A stretch of DNA of 64,000 bases from Tubulanus polymorphus (Eukaryota > Animalia > Nemertea), in NCBI RefSeq assembly GCF_964204645.1, contig NC_134032.1, forward strand, positions 11,892,275 through 11,956,274, given 5' to 3'. A model generated the notes under the pieces. It made no database searches and was not told where the DNA came from. It saw only the letters and a list, made by a program, of their open reading frames with translations. Of the stretch, positions 49,335-63,724 are shown one piece after another. Position 1 is the first letter of the stretch. Each line of letters begins with the position of its first letter. The translations under genes and the position numbers were made by a program.

Positions 49335-50005
49335 GTAGAATTCTACCTCGGCTAGTTACATACTGAGTAAGGGTTGAGAGGGAGAGGGAGAGGGAGAGGG
49401 AGAGGGAGAGGGAGAGGGAGAGGGAGAGGGAGAGGGAGAGGGAGAGGGAGAGGGAGAGGGAGAGGGAGAGGGAGAGGGAGAGGGAGAGGGAGAGGGAGAG
49501 GGAGAGGGAGAGGGAGAGGGAGAGGGAGAGGGAGAGGGAGAGGGAGAGGGAGAGGGAGAGGGAGAGGGAGAGGGAGAGGGAGAGGGAGAGGGAGAGGGAG
49601 AGGGAGAGAGAGATGATAGACTTTGCGTGTCTCTTATTCGGTGGGGACTGGTAGAATTATACCTGAGTCGCTGTCAAATACTGAATAAGAGTAGAAATAC
49701 AGTAGACTCTGTCTTTTACTGCGGTCGAGTTGAGACCAGTAAAATTCTACCCCGAGTTGCTGTCAAATACTGAGTAAGAATTTGTGAAATACAGTAGACT
49801 CTGTCTCTTACTGCGGTCAAGTTGAGACAGGAGACTCACAAAGCGGTAAAGTTGAGACTGGTAAAATTCTACCTGAATTGGGGTCGAATAGTGAGTAAGA
49901 GTTTGAGAAATACAAACTCTGTCTTTTGGCAAAATTCTACCTCGACTTTGTTTCCAGTACTGAGTAAAACATCTGAGTAATACGAAAGACTCTGGAGTTT
50001 GAGAA
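49335..50005 (-). repeat. Diverged, inverted copies of the 92-bp satellite found at 7320-7935
   Basis: gtaaaattctaccccgagttgctgtcaaatactgagtaag...gaaatacagtagactctgtctcttactgcgg is the reverse complement of the 7.4-kb monomer. Confidence 0.85.
49376..49612 (+). repeat. Perfect (GAGAGG)n microsatellite, about 39 units
   Basis: Read directly. Confidence 0.98.
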
Positions 50006-50879
50006 ATGATAGGAGTAAAACATAGATTGATGCTTCATATTGTCAATTCATCGATTAATCGTTATCGTTAGTTTTTAACTGTGACTGAGTCAATAGAGAT
50101 TGATCGCAGGAGAAGAGCTATGAATATCAATAAAGGAGACGGTTTAATTAAACAGATGTGCCGAGAACAATTTACCAGCTATACACAGCGAATATACGAT
50201 CTTAACGCAGATGCGACGTACAAGGGTGGCTCCGTATGGAATTATGGGTGGCTCCGTATTGAATTCGATCTTCAATTTCTTAAACGATTGCAATTTAAAA
50301 GAGATCGCGTACTTCTGATTGTATAATTGAAAATGAAATGCCAGATATTAGACATTATCATTGTTGCAGCCGAAAAAAATTAGAAATTAACCCAATCAGA
50401 AAAAAGCAATTGTCACCTGTCCAACGATATATAACTTAAGTTTTTGCGGAAAAATGGGAGATGGATGACGATTAATCGCGCTAAAGATTTTAGTGTAAAA
50501 AATGTTAGAATCTGTTCTACGATGCGGGAACTGCAGGACTGAAGGCGTGGTTCCGGGTTCCAGATCGATGGCTTAGGGGAGCGGTGTGGGTGATGTGTGA
50601 ATTTTATGATAACCACCCGCATAAATCAGAACAGGGAGGCGGGAGTGAACCTCCCTGATCAGAACAAGAAAACTAACTTGAAAGATTATGGACGCCTTGA
50701 AAAAAAGTGCATATATTGCTAAATGCAGTTGACAATGAATAACAGGATCGATAACATTTTGGGATTTGAATATACCGATTATTATCCTCTCAAAAATGAT
50801 CATCAAAATTTATCAAATATAACATAAGAGTTATGAAATGCATTCAATTAGAAAACAAACACAAACATTCAAAAATTTC

Positions 50880-51005
50880 AACTGTTATTTGAAACGCCAA
50901 TATTGATGACGTAGTGCACATCTACTTGCACAGAACCCCTTACATAACGGGTACGGTATCAATGTATATAAACGTTATTTTAACGACTTTTACGGCGTCA
51001 AAAAG
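50880..51005 (+). repeat. Dispersed repeat shared with about 63455-63602
   Basis: gaaacgccaatNttgatgacgtagtgcacatc ... ttttacggcgtcaaaaa is present at both sites. Confidence 0.7.
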
Positions 51006-54000
51006 GCATATTTCACCCAGAAAAACGAACATGTCACTATAAGCCTCGTAGAAAATAGTCGATTATAAAACGAACAAATAGCAGCTAATATTCCGCGGCA
51101 GCTGTGTGGGTAGATATAGTACTGCAGGGAACTATAATATAGAACCTATATATCTGCTGTCTCTTTCTAAACGGCTGTTACCGCCAGCTCTCTGATTGCA
51201 GACGACCAGCAATATCAACATATTCTGCTTCAGTGCATTTTCGGAATAATTCGTTTTCCAGATCGCGTAAGTAACAAAACAGCTCTATTCTATTCAGAGA
51301 TATCCACTACTAACAACATTGTCCTCCATATTTGGAGGGAGGCTCGGATTTGGCAGATGGTTCAAACCGTGGTCGCAATATGTGCGTTCGTAAGGCCGAA
51401 AAACACTTTTCACATCCTTAGAATTTCATACCATCTTTACCTGACCCTAAACCCTACATGATCGTAGAGGTACACAAAGTGTTGTCATAATAATATTCAT
51501 GAAAGTAAATTCGATGAGGCCAAAATATTATCGGTATCCAAAATTGTCGTTAGCCAATGTTTTTCTCAAATTGTGAGATTTCACAGTTAAATATTGAATT
51601 TGCTTTTGGGAAAAATTGTCCGATATCCACCGGCGTGCTTTTTAAATACCATGTTGTTTTTCGTCTGGGTCACGTGATCTTCACCGGAAGTGAATACAGG
51701 CGGTATTATTGCGCCCACGTGGTCTATCGAAAGCCATTCATTACTTATTTATTGTTTTGCGGTAATGTAAATTGGAAATGAACTGACTCGGCGCCAGTGC
51801 GCTATATTGCACGTTTTAATTCTAATATTAATCACGTACGCGCTTGTTAATGTAAACTGTAGAACCACTTCCAGCTTAGTACATTTCAATTAGACTGATC
51901 AAATAAGGAGGTTCGTTCCCGGCGCCGGATGGGAGGTTGCGTAGGGTTAAATTCATTATTTGCTAAAGAAAATGTACGTTACATTAATGTTTCAGTGACT
52001 TTGTTATATGAAATATTGGCTGGCTGGAAATGCATACACATAAAATGCTTCAAATTTTCTTGAGGGAGGCACCCCAAACCCGTCCGCAGGGATCGCCACA
52101 CCTATGCTATGGCACTCACTTTTCTAAATTTGTACCTTCCTAGAGGCTGCGTAAAGGGCTGAGGTTCGTTTTTTAAAGGCAACAGGCCTTTTGTCGTTTC
52201 GGAACGAGGTATGATGTACGATGTTAGCGCTTCAATTTTTAGTTGGGAGTTTTGAATGAATATTGATTACTAATTTTCTCAATAGCCTAATTCTTAAATC
52301 GTACTCGAGACCCTAGAACTGGGTCTAGGATTATTGATAGGGTTACCGGTTTAGGAACCGGGATGGGCCTCGTTGGAACTGGCGGTCATATTCACGGTTG
52401 CCAAACCTCCAGCTTTCGGGTATGTTCCTCGAAAAAAACATGGCCGACACGGGAAGAAATCGATTATTTCATATGAGCCGTTATAGACACAGCAATTCTC
52501 TCTCTCTCCCTCTCTGTCTGTCTCTCTCTGGACAAAAGATGAAGAACGAATACATGTAACAACTGACAGATGTCTAAAGCATATATACCATAACAGACGA
52601 AATCACATCCTGTCTACAAATCAATTAGCACGCACCTGTTTCATCGTCAGCGGATCGATATCGAGCACCTGTTTCCATTTGGCGAACTATTTTTACACGC
52701 GATCGGTTTTATGCAAATTAACTCTACTCGCGTTCAAAATGGGCCGCAGTGATTAGACGCAATTTTCATTTTCCAGATTTTTCAACGATTTCTTTCAATG
52801 CTGATAATACAGGTGCAATAAGTGCTTAAAGATGCTGATTTTTCGCGAATGACCAAAAATTTTATCGAAATGTCATAAAATTAAATTATTCGTTTTCAAT
52901 TTTGAAATCTTACATTTATCGTACGTATAAACCTTTACTTGCAAACAAATATCAAACCAAAAATTGTATCCTAAACGAAGACTTTAGCGAGGGCAAATCC
53001 GTGTTTAAAAATTGATCCGTTATTAAAAACTAGTGTTACAACAAATTATGTAAAAAACGGCGTTAGATTTCAAAATTAGCAAATGCGCCTCGTATTTCTA
53101 ATGTTCTCATCATGTGTGCCTGGATAGGACGAGTGTACAAGGTCTACATTTTCATATGTAGCTATATCGCGTATGCTAATTTTCAACCGGCTGAAATATT
53201 TCCAGCAATGAAATGATCGATAATAATAACTGAAATTGAAATTTGAAATTCAATGAGATGCTTATCAACGACTCAAACGAGTAAATTAGAAAATAATCCC
53301 CCATTTTAGTCAATCTGACTGATTTGATGTTTTTTTATTCGGCCCTAGCAGGTGTTTTCGCAATTTCAAATTCAGATTACTTTTTGCACAATTTGAGTGG
53401 GCATTGGAGGACGTTTTATGGGAAAATCATGGCGAGGACGGCTTAAATTGTTACTACGTGTGTATATAAATATATGATCATGAAAGTAACAGAGGTTTAA
53501 CTAACGGCTGTATCCTTGGGTATTGAACAAACAAGAGTTATATAGATTGTGAAATAGAATCCGAGTGACATATGGCGACAATCTAACTATCTGGTAACCA
53601 TCATACTCGACCGGACAGCTAAAGTATTTCGAATAAACGTGTACAAGCCTTAGGTCAACGTCAATGCCTAGGTATAGCTAATTTACAGAATGTTTCAGTA
53701 TGTCGGCGTCTCTTAACCCTTGCTTAATTTTCATCTATTTAAGCTTCCCCTACTGATCTGACTTACTTGATAGATCTATTATCCTTGGTTTCAGTATGGC
53801 TGCCAGATCATATATACTATGACATCAATAAATCTTGTTTTCAAGACCCGCGCTTTGAGAAAAAATGACCACCTCCATAAATCCCCCGATGAGGATTACT
53901 TATAGTAGTAATTTCATCTAGATGCCTATGAAATGAATTATATTCAAGTATTTTCAAATTTGTATTTTTCAGCGGAAATTTAGCATCAATTTCGTAGAAT

Positions 54001-55229
54001 AGAATGGTCATAAATACAAAACTGTGAGTAACATTTCAAAACAAAATTCCTCTTCTCTACTAGCGCAATCGTCACTGAAAAAGCTTTGAAAGCTATATTC
54101 AAGCGAAAAAAACAAAATCTTACAAATCTCCAACACAATACAAGTTTTTGGATCGATGCATCCCTTATGTTAGGGGTAGTTTACGCAGGCAATTTTGTTT
54201 ATTCATTTTCATTCATCACCTTTGACCCTTCCCGTAATAAACAAATAGATCACAACTGTGATCATCACGGATGAATAATTGGGATTGACACGACGCGCCA
54301 AATTATTTCTTCCTTAATGTCTTTAAATACGCCTATTTGACATTAAGGCGGCCATCTTGAATCGTGAGACTTAAGGAAAGATGTTAACTAAGCAAACCAT
54401 TTTGCCCGAGTCTCGCGCTTCACTGAAAAAAATCCAAGATGGCTGCTTTATTGTGAAATACACTGTATACATTATATTGTGTATCTATAAGAAGTTTATT
54501 CCATTTTCTAACCGACGGTCGTTTTTTCTAACCCGCAGTCGTAGATCGGTCGTCGGCTGACTATTATGCAGAGTGGTAGGTCACGTGACCAGAACCTATC
54601 AGAAAGCAGCGACGATAACGTCTGGTCACACGAGGTCATTTTTCCCATCACACAATATTCTTACTGATTTAACAAACCATCATAATAAAGTCAACTGCTC
54701 TTCCTGTTGCTGGTCTAAAACTTATTCACTTTCCTCGCTGGAGATCCTCCATTCCCTCAAGACTACAAACACGATACCGTTGAAGTCCTTGCTTACGTCA
54801 TCACAGTAAAAACTCTGATCCGTTATCTCGCTGTAATAATGGAATTGGTATTTTAAAGAATCGTATTTTCATTCAATTTGTATTAGAGTTGGCAATTAGT
54901 TCTCAGAAATTAAGTTCTCTTATGTGACACTATTACAAGGATGTCGTTAGCTTGGACTTTCAATGTATTTCTCATACTATTCCTCGGTGTATCTCATGTG
55001 TCCGCGCGCAGGAGGCAGAATTTCCATTTTCTCGTACTTTCCTTCGTTATCTAATGTCGGTAAAATCTTCCAAAATAAATTCAACTGTCCGATCAATTTT
55101 CAAGATCTGGTGGAGTCTCGCATACATTTTTTCATCTGATGATTTTTGAAATTCTTTCCGCGAAAATGATGTATTTTGTGAAGATTTGGGGAAATATTGA
55201 TGCCATATTTTATGATTTCTATTTCACAG

Positions 55230-58200
55230 GTCAGGGGTAGGTCTAGAAACGCGGCTAGAAGGTTGAAACATTCATCGAGTGAAACACTAGACGACGAGGT
55301 GTTTGCCGTCGAAGAATCGAACCCGGGACGCCCGCCTCCGCAACGTCAATTATCAATCGAAGATCGGTTGCGAGAAATCGAAAATCGATTGTCGTCGATC
55401 GAAACCACTTCGAAATCGAAAACCGAATCGATACCGGAAGCGGAACTAGCCGATTTGTGCGAATTAATCCGCGGCACCGGTGCTGATCTGAACAGTGAGC
55501 AGGCGCAGGAACCAGCAGGGTTGACAGGTGTTCCTAGCGACCACAGCTACGATTCTGGACATCAAACCACGAAATTGAAATCGCGGCCAACAATAGCAAC
55601 ATCTGGAGACCTTTCACGAATCGATTTGTCAAATTCGTCTGTCATAAATTCGATCGATAATCCAAACGACAACCAACTGACAGATAGGCAACATGTTGAT
55701 GATACAATCGACCATTATTCGGCAACGTTGCCAGCGTACAGCCAGGACTGTATCCACCGAACTGACTACCAGGCGAGATCTGTGGCTACCGTATCAAACG
55801 GTAGTAACGGGTTCGAATTTAACGGCTTGAAACTGGATAGTAATAGCGAACACGACGATTGTACCGGACAACAATCGCAACCGTTAGGATCTAAATTCAA
55901 AAATATCAACGACGATAACAATGATAATATCGAAAATGAAGGTATTGTTAACGCTGAGTGCGAGGAAACGTCGCGCGATTCGAAAATAACGGATCAGGAG
56001 ATTTTAAACAATCTGAATACGGCGACATCTGTTTCTAGTTTAGATCCTGCTGATAAATGTTCGAATTCAATAGGAGACGAGCAACTAGAAAACGATAGTT
56101 TAGCAGCGGTAGATAGCGGAGAGGTTAATACAAGTAGTGAAAGCGACGTTGTCGATACCAGTTCAGCTGAACACAAACTAGAGGATACCCACTATACGGA
56201 CGATTCTTTAGAAAACTCCGAAAGCGACGATAGCAAGAAAATAAATCTCGACGACGAATTGATCGGGATCGAAACGGATAAAAAATCATCGGATAATCCA
56301 GTTGAAATTATTACCGCACTAGAAAATCCGGTAGGTGATAATCTGACCACTGACTCTGAGCTACCGCCAGAAGTAGATTCGGTCGTTGAGAATAAGGTGA
56401 TAGTTGAGAATTCTAGCCTTGACGAGCCAGCAATAGTTACAGAGGAAGCGAACAACAGTGAAATTGGCCCCGTCGATGACAACGACAAAAGCAGCGGCGA
56501 GAAACCGGAAGTAATTGGAATCGATTTGGAATCAGTCGAGGAAAGTTTTGAAGTATCCACTGACAAGCTGTCGATTGGGAACGAAGAATTAAAATCGAAG
56601 TCTACGGATGATACGGTTATTATCGATGAAAGTGCTGAAGTAGAAAATCCGGAATTCGATGAACAGGCTCTAAAACAAGACAGTGATGACCTGGAACCGC
56701 CGATAGATGGCGTCCCAGTAGATACTGTACTTAACATCGTCGAAAAACACGCAGAGACGATCGATAAAAGTAACAACGAAGTAGCCGGTGATATAAATCT
56801 AGGAGTTAAGGAGCCGATAGAAACTATCGACGAAGGAGCACTAGAAAAAAACGTTATCGAAAATCTATCAATCGAAGGCGCGGGTGAAAAGGAGGAAGGA
56901 GAACTTGAGGAAAAAGTTTTAGAGTTACGCGAAGACCTTCAGAACGAAGGTGAAAATAGCGAACAAACTGGTGGAAATCTTGGAAACGACGAAAATCGGG
57001 TAGACGATTTACTCAACGAGTTTGCACAGCGGAATCTTGATTTAGGAGTCGAAAAAGAAGGTTTTGCTCTCGAGGAGGAAATCGATGCCAATGATAGAGT
57101 AACGACTAATGATAATTCGGATGAGTTGAACGTCTTCCAAGAAGATCCGGAAAACGAAGACGAGTTTTTTGTCGTACATTACACGGAGAACTCCAAAGAT
57201 ATTCCCGTATCGGATAAGATCAAAGGCGTCAAGTCGAAGATCGTCAAACCGATATTACCTAAACTGAATAAAGTATCCGCGACACGTCTGAATAAGGCTA
57301 AAAAGGAAGAAACAGAAGATAGTCCCGCTTCAGTTGAACAGGAAGAGAAGGGTAGTAAAGTCAAAAATTATACCAGTGGTAAAAAGAAAAAGGCGACTCT
57401 TTCGGAAACGTTTAGATCATCGGGAGGTGGAACTAAAGACTTGTCGAAGAAAGACCCAGTCGCAGACAGGAAAGCAAGTTCATTGGTAGGTAAGAAGATA
57501 CCTACGATTAAAAAACCAACAACAATAACAAAAGATAAAGATAAAGATAAGCGAGCGAAGTCGCTAAATAGAGAAGCGGCTAACAAAGAGTTAAACAAAC
57601 CTCGTGCTAAGTCTTCGAATAGAGCAGAAAAAGCTGCACCCGTTACTAAAGCAACCCCGCAGGACGCGAGTAACGGCAATCTTCGAGTTGGGAGATCTAG
57701 AAAGAAAGAGACAGTTGCTAAGAACCAACAGGATAAGTCTAATAACATCAAGACCAAATCTGTTAAGATAATGGATGATCTGTCAGGTGTGGAGACTGAT
57801 ATACTTCGCGTTCAGGCCAATGCGCTAGAGGATATGTTCAGAAGTCAAGCTGCAGAACCAGACAAAGAAATAATAACAGATATCAAATTACCTAGCGATG
57901 GCCCCTCGATGGATAGTTTAGATTTGTTAGATGCCGAGCGCGCCCCCTGGGAAGATTCGACAGCTTCCGGGCGCAATAGTCTAGCTGCAGATGGCGCTAG
58001 TCACTCGGAGAGTTCTAGTCTGACTGGTGAACCCGTCACTAATCAAAACGGGCGGAAATCCTCGTCAGACGACGGGCAACCCCAGACGACCGATGCTGCA
58101 AGGCAACGAAGCAGTAGCATTCCTAAACCGACCTTCAAATCTAAACTGCCTTCGCCAACCTCTAAACTTCCCGCACCCATTCTGAACCGCAGTCCATTGC

Positions 58201-60609
58201 AAAGTCGGAATCAGTCGATTGATGAAGGAACGGAGGTGAATGGGAATGGAGGTTCCGATCCGGACAGACGAAAAAGTCTTCGTGATTCTAACAGCCCGGA
58301 CGCCACTAAATCACCCCCTATATTAAAGTCAGGGTTCGGCGACCTCGGGGAAATTAGGGGGTACGGTTCGGCGGCGAAACAATGGGACAACGTGTCCATA
58401 ATGTCAACCGCAACCGCCGGGTATCCGAGGGAGACGGTAAAATCGCGCATGCGCAGCGAAAAAATATTGTCGAAAACGATGAGAGCCAACGAGCCGGCGA
58501 CAGACGAATACCTGACCCCGATGCAACGAAAAGAACAACTGATCAAAGACCTGAAATCCGAGGTGAAAGAGATGCATAAATCGAACGAAGAGAAAATGTT
58601 GGAGATAGCGAATTTCACGTGCTATATGAACGCGAGAATTGACGAGATTACGCGAGACAAAGATACGACGATCGGTCATTTAGAGACGAGTCTATCGGAA
58701 ACTCAGAAGAACTACGAGTCGATGTCGAACGCCTATAAAGACAGTCTAACGATCATGAGCGAACTGGAAAAAACAGTCAACGATCTTAAGGTAATTAATC
58801 ATAATTAATCATAGAATTGATACTTATTGATTAAGATGCACTCGAATCAATCAAGATAAATGCATTCGATGCAGTTATCAATAAGTTTTTATGTTAAAAA
58901 TGAGTATGCAAATGCGCATACTCATTTGTGTAAAACAAAAACATGGCGGAAGCCGTCTAAAAGTGTGCTGTTTGCATTACTAAAAATGGCGGCACATTGA
59001 ACTGGTCCAGGAGGCATGTTTCTTGCATAGGTCTAAAAACAAAAAGTAAACTCAGGATGTAGGCAAATCCAATGCGATTTGTAAAATGTTTAACCAAGAA
59101 AAGCGATATTTGAGATATTTCAGTCCAAATTCTGCTCATTCGAGAGATCAAATCTGAAATAAGTGATGTACCGAATGTGGTCAGATCATGACTTCTAACA
59201 TTGAAATAGATTCATGCAAACGTGTAAAAACTATACGTGGTATCTAATTTGATATGTTGTTTTTAGATTCTATAATCATGTACTATAGGTAGGAGGGCCG
59301 AGCTGATAATATATTGATTAATCAAAACCATATTCAAATTGTATATAGACAAACATATAACATACATTGACGTTCGGGCTTCATTCATATACTAAGTAGT
59401 GTGCTGTTGCCATATGTTACGCCGAGATCGATAGTCACATTTCAACTGTTGTGTCATCGAGGTATGATTTTACAAAATGATTATCCAAAAATAATTTGTA
59501 TCGTATACATCATTAAGTCCTATCTCGCTGTTTTTCTTGCTTTGTCAGAAATGCCTTAGTTCTATCTACGAGCAATTATCTAACTTAGAAGATTGCTCGT
59601 AGGTTCTATATGCCGCGTGGTGTATTGCGTCACACTTGTTTATAACGCGTCATATTGCGTCATATTGGGCACAGTCAACCTTCAGTGAGCCGCTTGCGCC
59701 TGATGCCCAATATGACGCATTGTGATGTCAGGCGCGTTACCTCTGAACAGACTATTTTCGGGGAGTGCTTTAAGGTTGACTTTGATTTTCGGTTTTGACA
59801 CGTGTTACTGCCATAAAACAAATAGACTTTGCCATTAAAAATAACCTTGTTTACTAGAATGTGTCACCCAGTACATAGTTACGTGGCAATAAAATACTAA
59901 CCGATAGTCGAGAGACTTCTATAGTTACGAGTATGATAAAACGTGAAATTAACTATCAAATCCCGATCAACAACTGTTGAGTTTAACATGTAGACAGTTA
60001 ACTATCATCTGTCATTATTTTTCCTAGGATGAAATGGAACGGCGAGAAGAAAACCACCAAGAGATGTATTTGAATATGTACATCAAAGGACAAGAAACGG
60101 CTAAGTTTGAACGACAGGATGAGGTTCGTCTAGCAGATTTTATAGAATTCGTTTATTTTAAAATTCAAATTTCAACTCACAACTGATGGTCCTGTTTTTC
60201 CTCGTTTGCAATGACACTAAGCATGTATCAGTTGTAAGAATTAATCACCGATTGATTAAATTAAGCATATATTTCTAAATTTCAGATTGAGAAGATAGCT
60301 AAAGACGATCCGGATACCGTAACTAGGGACGAGTTGTTGGAGAAACTAAAATCTACCGAGTTGGAGTTGGAGCATTGGAGGAGCTTGAAACGTAAAGAAA
60401 TGTACGAAGAGGCTGAATTACCAGATACGGAGGCCGCCGCGACCTTGAGATTCATGAAAGACTCGATGTTTCACTATTTAACCGATAGCAAGGACCTCGA
60501 ACGCGAGTGCCACCTACGGGCGATGGTGAACATTTTTAAGTATTCAACCGTTCAAATGCGCAGCGTCGAAAAAGCGCTGAAAGAAAAAAAGAAAAAGGGC
60601 AAAACATAA
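55230..60609 (+). CDS. qtc: Quick-to-court-like protein: long acidic/disordered region, coiled coil and C-terminal GRIP-like domain; 5' exons unresolved
   Basis: Exons 55230-58790, 60028-60123 (HQEMYLNMYIKGQETAKFE) and 60286-60609 (LRFMKDSMFHYLTD...HLRAMVNIFKYS, a GRIP-like pattern), all phase 0. The MYxKGQExAxFE plus GRIP combination recalls Drosophila quick-to-court, from memory and not from a search. Confidence 0.72.
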
Positions 60610-62647
60610 ATATCCGAAAAAATTGGAGCAAAATAAGACTCAAGTATTTTTTAGATTGTCGATAATGCCGTGCCACGGGCCTTAACGGTTTTGGTCCGAA
60701 AAAACAATCAGAAGAGGTTGTATAGCGGCCATCTTAGATTTGTTTACTGTGCTAAACGTGACTGTACATACAAGGAACATCGTTTAACGCGTGTGGAATA
60801 TTCTGTCAAGAAAAAAAACTCATCTCAAGACTTCTATCGGATTTTACAGTTTAAAAATGGTGGTTGTTGAACTTTAAGTTTTTGATATTTTATTGTTTGT
60901 TGCGTCGATAGATGGCCCTAGTGTTTCAAATGTAGTTCAAATAGTGGCCGCATGGTGGCTTTAACGATGTAGACATGCGAAGGTTGGTCAAGGGGCAAAA
61001 TCCAAAAATATGTAAAATGGGAATTATGTAATCTAGTGCTTCTTCCCATCGTGTGGTGGCACTAGGAGTGTTACTGCGGGATGATGGGTAAGGGATGAAT
61101 GCAATTGGGAATTTCACCAATTTTTGGTAAATTCTTATCAAGGAATTCAACTCTCAGATAGTAAGCACTATCAAACAGTGAAGACAACGAAGGGATTGAA
61201 CTACATGCATGCAGCCGCTTCAATAAGTTTAGTTCCATATTCATATAGGTATCACTGTGTGTATGTCGGGTTTACCCCTGGGCCGTGGTTAACATTGTGT
61301 GCCAGATACTTAAATACTATTCTTACAATTACATTTCGACACTTTCCACAATACCTATGGTTCTCTGGGTAAGATGCAGTTGTTGTACACATTCGAATGA
61401 CAGCAAGCCCCACCTCAACCTTAGTGTCGAAATAGCCTATAAGATCAAGGTTATTACAAATCGATGTGTTTTTCTTACGTCAATCAAGACTGGTTGCTTA
61501 ATATCTGTCGTTCCTGTCATTACTGAGAATTTAGGAAATGTCAGAATTCAAACAATCAAGCTAGAAGATACAAGGAGTATGCTGTACCTTTTTTTCAAGT
61601 GACTTAATCGTAAAAAGCTGTCCAACCAAACTAGTCCGGTCAATCATTGTTTTTAAACGGTTTACTCTTTTTCGATCCTCTCTGGGCGGTGAGGGTGAAG
61701 AATCAAAAGATACATAAATATATAAATAAATTATGCTCAAGTGCTTTTATTTACAAGTTTTATTATTCTCTATCAAAACTATACGGTTTATTCCTATTGG
61801 ACACTTAAACATTTTACTTTTTGTGTCAAAAAATCTTTTCTTTCGCAACGATGTCTATACTACGATATATTATATTGTCTTTTGTTCGCTAAATAAAAAT
61901 ATATTTCTCGAAGATAAAATTTGAAGAAGCGTTATTTCTTAAGCCTTCTCAAGTCAGGATGCCGAGCTTTGCTTCGGTAAATCGACTGGGATCAGTGTTG
62001 AAAGATTTGCGGTTCTTGTGGCCATTGATGTAAATGTTGATTAATGGCAATGATATTTTTTGTATGAACAATATGATATTCATTTCGTCTCATTCATAGT
62101 TTGCCGGGCCCAAATAGTTCGCATATTCGCCGTCAATGGTTTGTATAGGGGCAGCACGTAACGATAGATATCTAACGCCGCTCCATAATCTTTCTGCGGC
62201 ATGCGAGTAATAAGTTAGTTCGCATAATCATCGTCGCTGACGTAGGGGCAGCACGTTACGGCTGAGATTTTATTAAAACCCTTTGAGGATTATCTCATAT
62301 TTAGACACAACAATTTATGGCGAACAGTAGGACCTTCTCAAGGCGAATAAAACAGATTCTTTGTGATCAACACCTTCAAAATACCGTTTCCACAATAGAT
62401 GCTGGCCCGACATACATTAATACATAATTAATACATTAGACAATACAAAAATGATATCAAATTAGAAAGATATATTAGTGAACATGGTGAAGCAAGGCAA
62501 CAATATCAAATAGGACTAAGTGTAGGCTATATTGATTCGTACACTTCAGGGCAAGTGGAATTCCAGGTGTTTTCCAGGTGAAAAGTGAAAAATTCCAGGA
62601 GTCACGTCAAGCAAAACGTTGGTAACATACTAGGCCTATCTATAGCC

Positions 62648-62950
62648 GCGATCACGCAAGCGTTTTTGGCCCTGTATGACCCGTGCCAAATTTGTACCGG
62701 AACAACTGTTCGCATGGGTAACAAATGGACCCGAGCTTGTTCGGCCAAAAATTTCAGACCAGGCTCAAGCCAAATTTAAGCACAGGACAAATGATTGCAT
62801 TTGAATTGCAACTCGTACCGGGAATGATCCACTTCGCTTTGTTTGAACATTGTTTAGTACCGAGTGAGTGGTTTGTGATGGCGCTCTCTAATTAGGCACG
62901 GGCCAGATTGGGCTCGAGCCTGATCCGGGCCAAATCGTCTCTGTGTGATA
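62648..62950 (-). mobile_element. Inverted copy of the 4968-5238 repeat family
   Basis: See the 4968-5238 entry. Confidence 0.7.
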
Positions 62951-63724
62951 GAGAGGCTATATTGATTCTGGTCTTGAAATATAACCGTCACTTGCAATGT
63001 CACCATATACAAAATCAGGTATCCCTGTTTATGGTTTTTCATTAACTGGGCTGTGTTGCCCAACCTCAATCGGACAAGCTGACCCAACATGCGCGCTTTG
63101 TTTCTAATAATACAACTTACGGTAAATGATAAAAGCTGCGCCAAAAAATATTTGAAGTGAACTTACTTTTAACGAAGGTTTATTGACGCCTTGGTGAAAC
63201 ATAATACATAATGCCTGATATCCTTAACAATGAGTAATATAATATCGTATTGATAAAGTTATTTTGAATTTCCGTACATCGACAATTGAATTGAATATAC
63301 CGGCAACCAGTCTAACCAGGCCCGGATATTGATGTAAGGTGTTCATCCATTCATAATTCATTTTTGAATATTTTTTCAAAATTTATTGAATCGAAAATGT
63401 GAGTCGCGAAATTCATTCAATTTCGAAAAACGCCAAAATTTACGACATATTCATAATTGTTATTTTGAAACGCCAATCTTGATGACGTAGTGCACATCAA
63501 CTCCACAGCGCTGTGCACATCGCCACAGTACCCCTTAGATAACGCATAGTAGTTATCTGTGTATAAAAACATTTCTGTAACGGTTTTACGGCGTCAAAAA
63601 AAGTTTTTTTCTGCTCAAAATGACGTTGACCACTGTCGAAAACTAACTTTTTTTTAACAAATGAGAAATTGACTTAATCTCTTTCCATTGCAGGTGTAAA
63701 GAGGAAGGTTATTGAGCGAAATAT

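Noticed and set aside
49374-49616. Poly-(Arg-Gly) ORF
   Set aside because: It is a translation of the (GAGAGG)n microsatellite from a TTG start.
48948-54025. Candidate 5' coding exons of the qtc-like gene (ATG...gcag|gtaagc at about 48984; ATG...aact|gtgagt at about 54023)
   Set aside because: They end in phase 1 and phase 2, while exon 55230 needs phase 0, so they cannot be joined without transcript data.
55994-58679. Several minus-strand Ser/Phe-rich ORFs (and similar ones at 14242-15933)
   Set aside because: They are antisense shadows of the long plus-strand exons.
62113-62260. Imperfect about 97-bp duplication (tagttcgcata...taggggcagcacgt)
   Set aside because: Only two degenerate copies, with no ORF, fold or element ends I can support.
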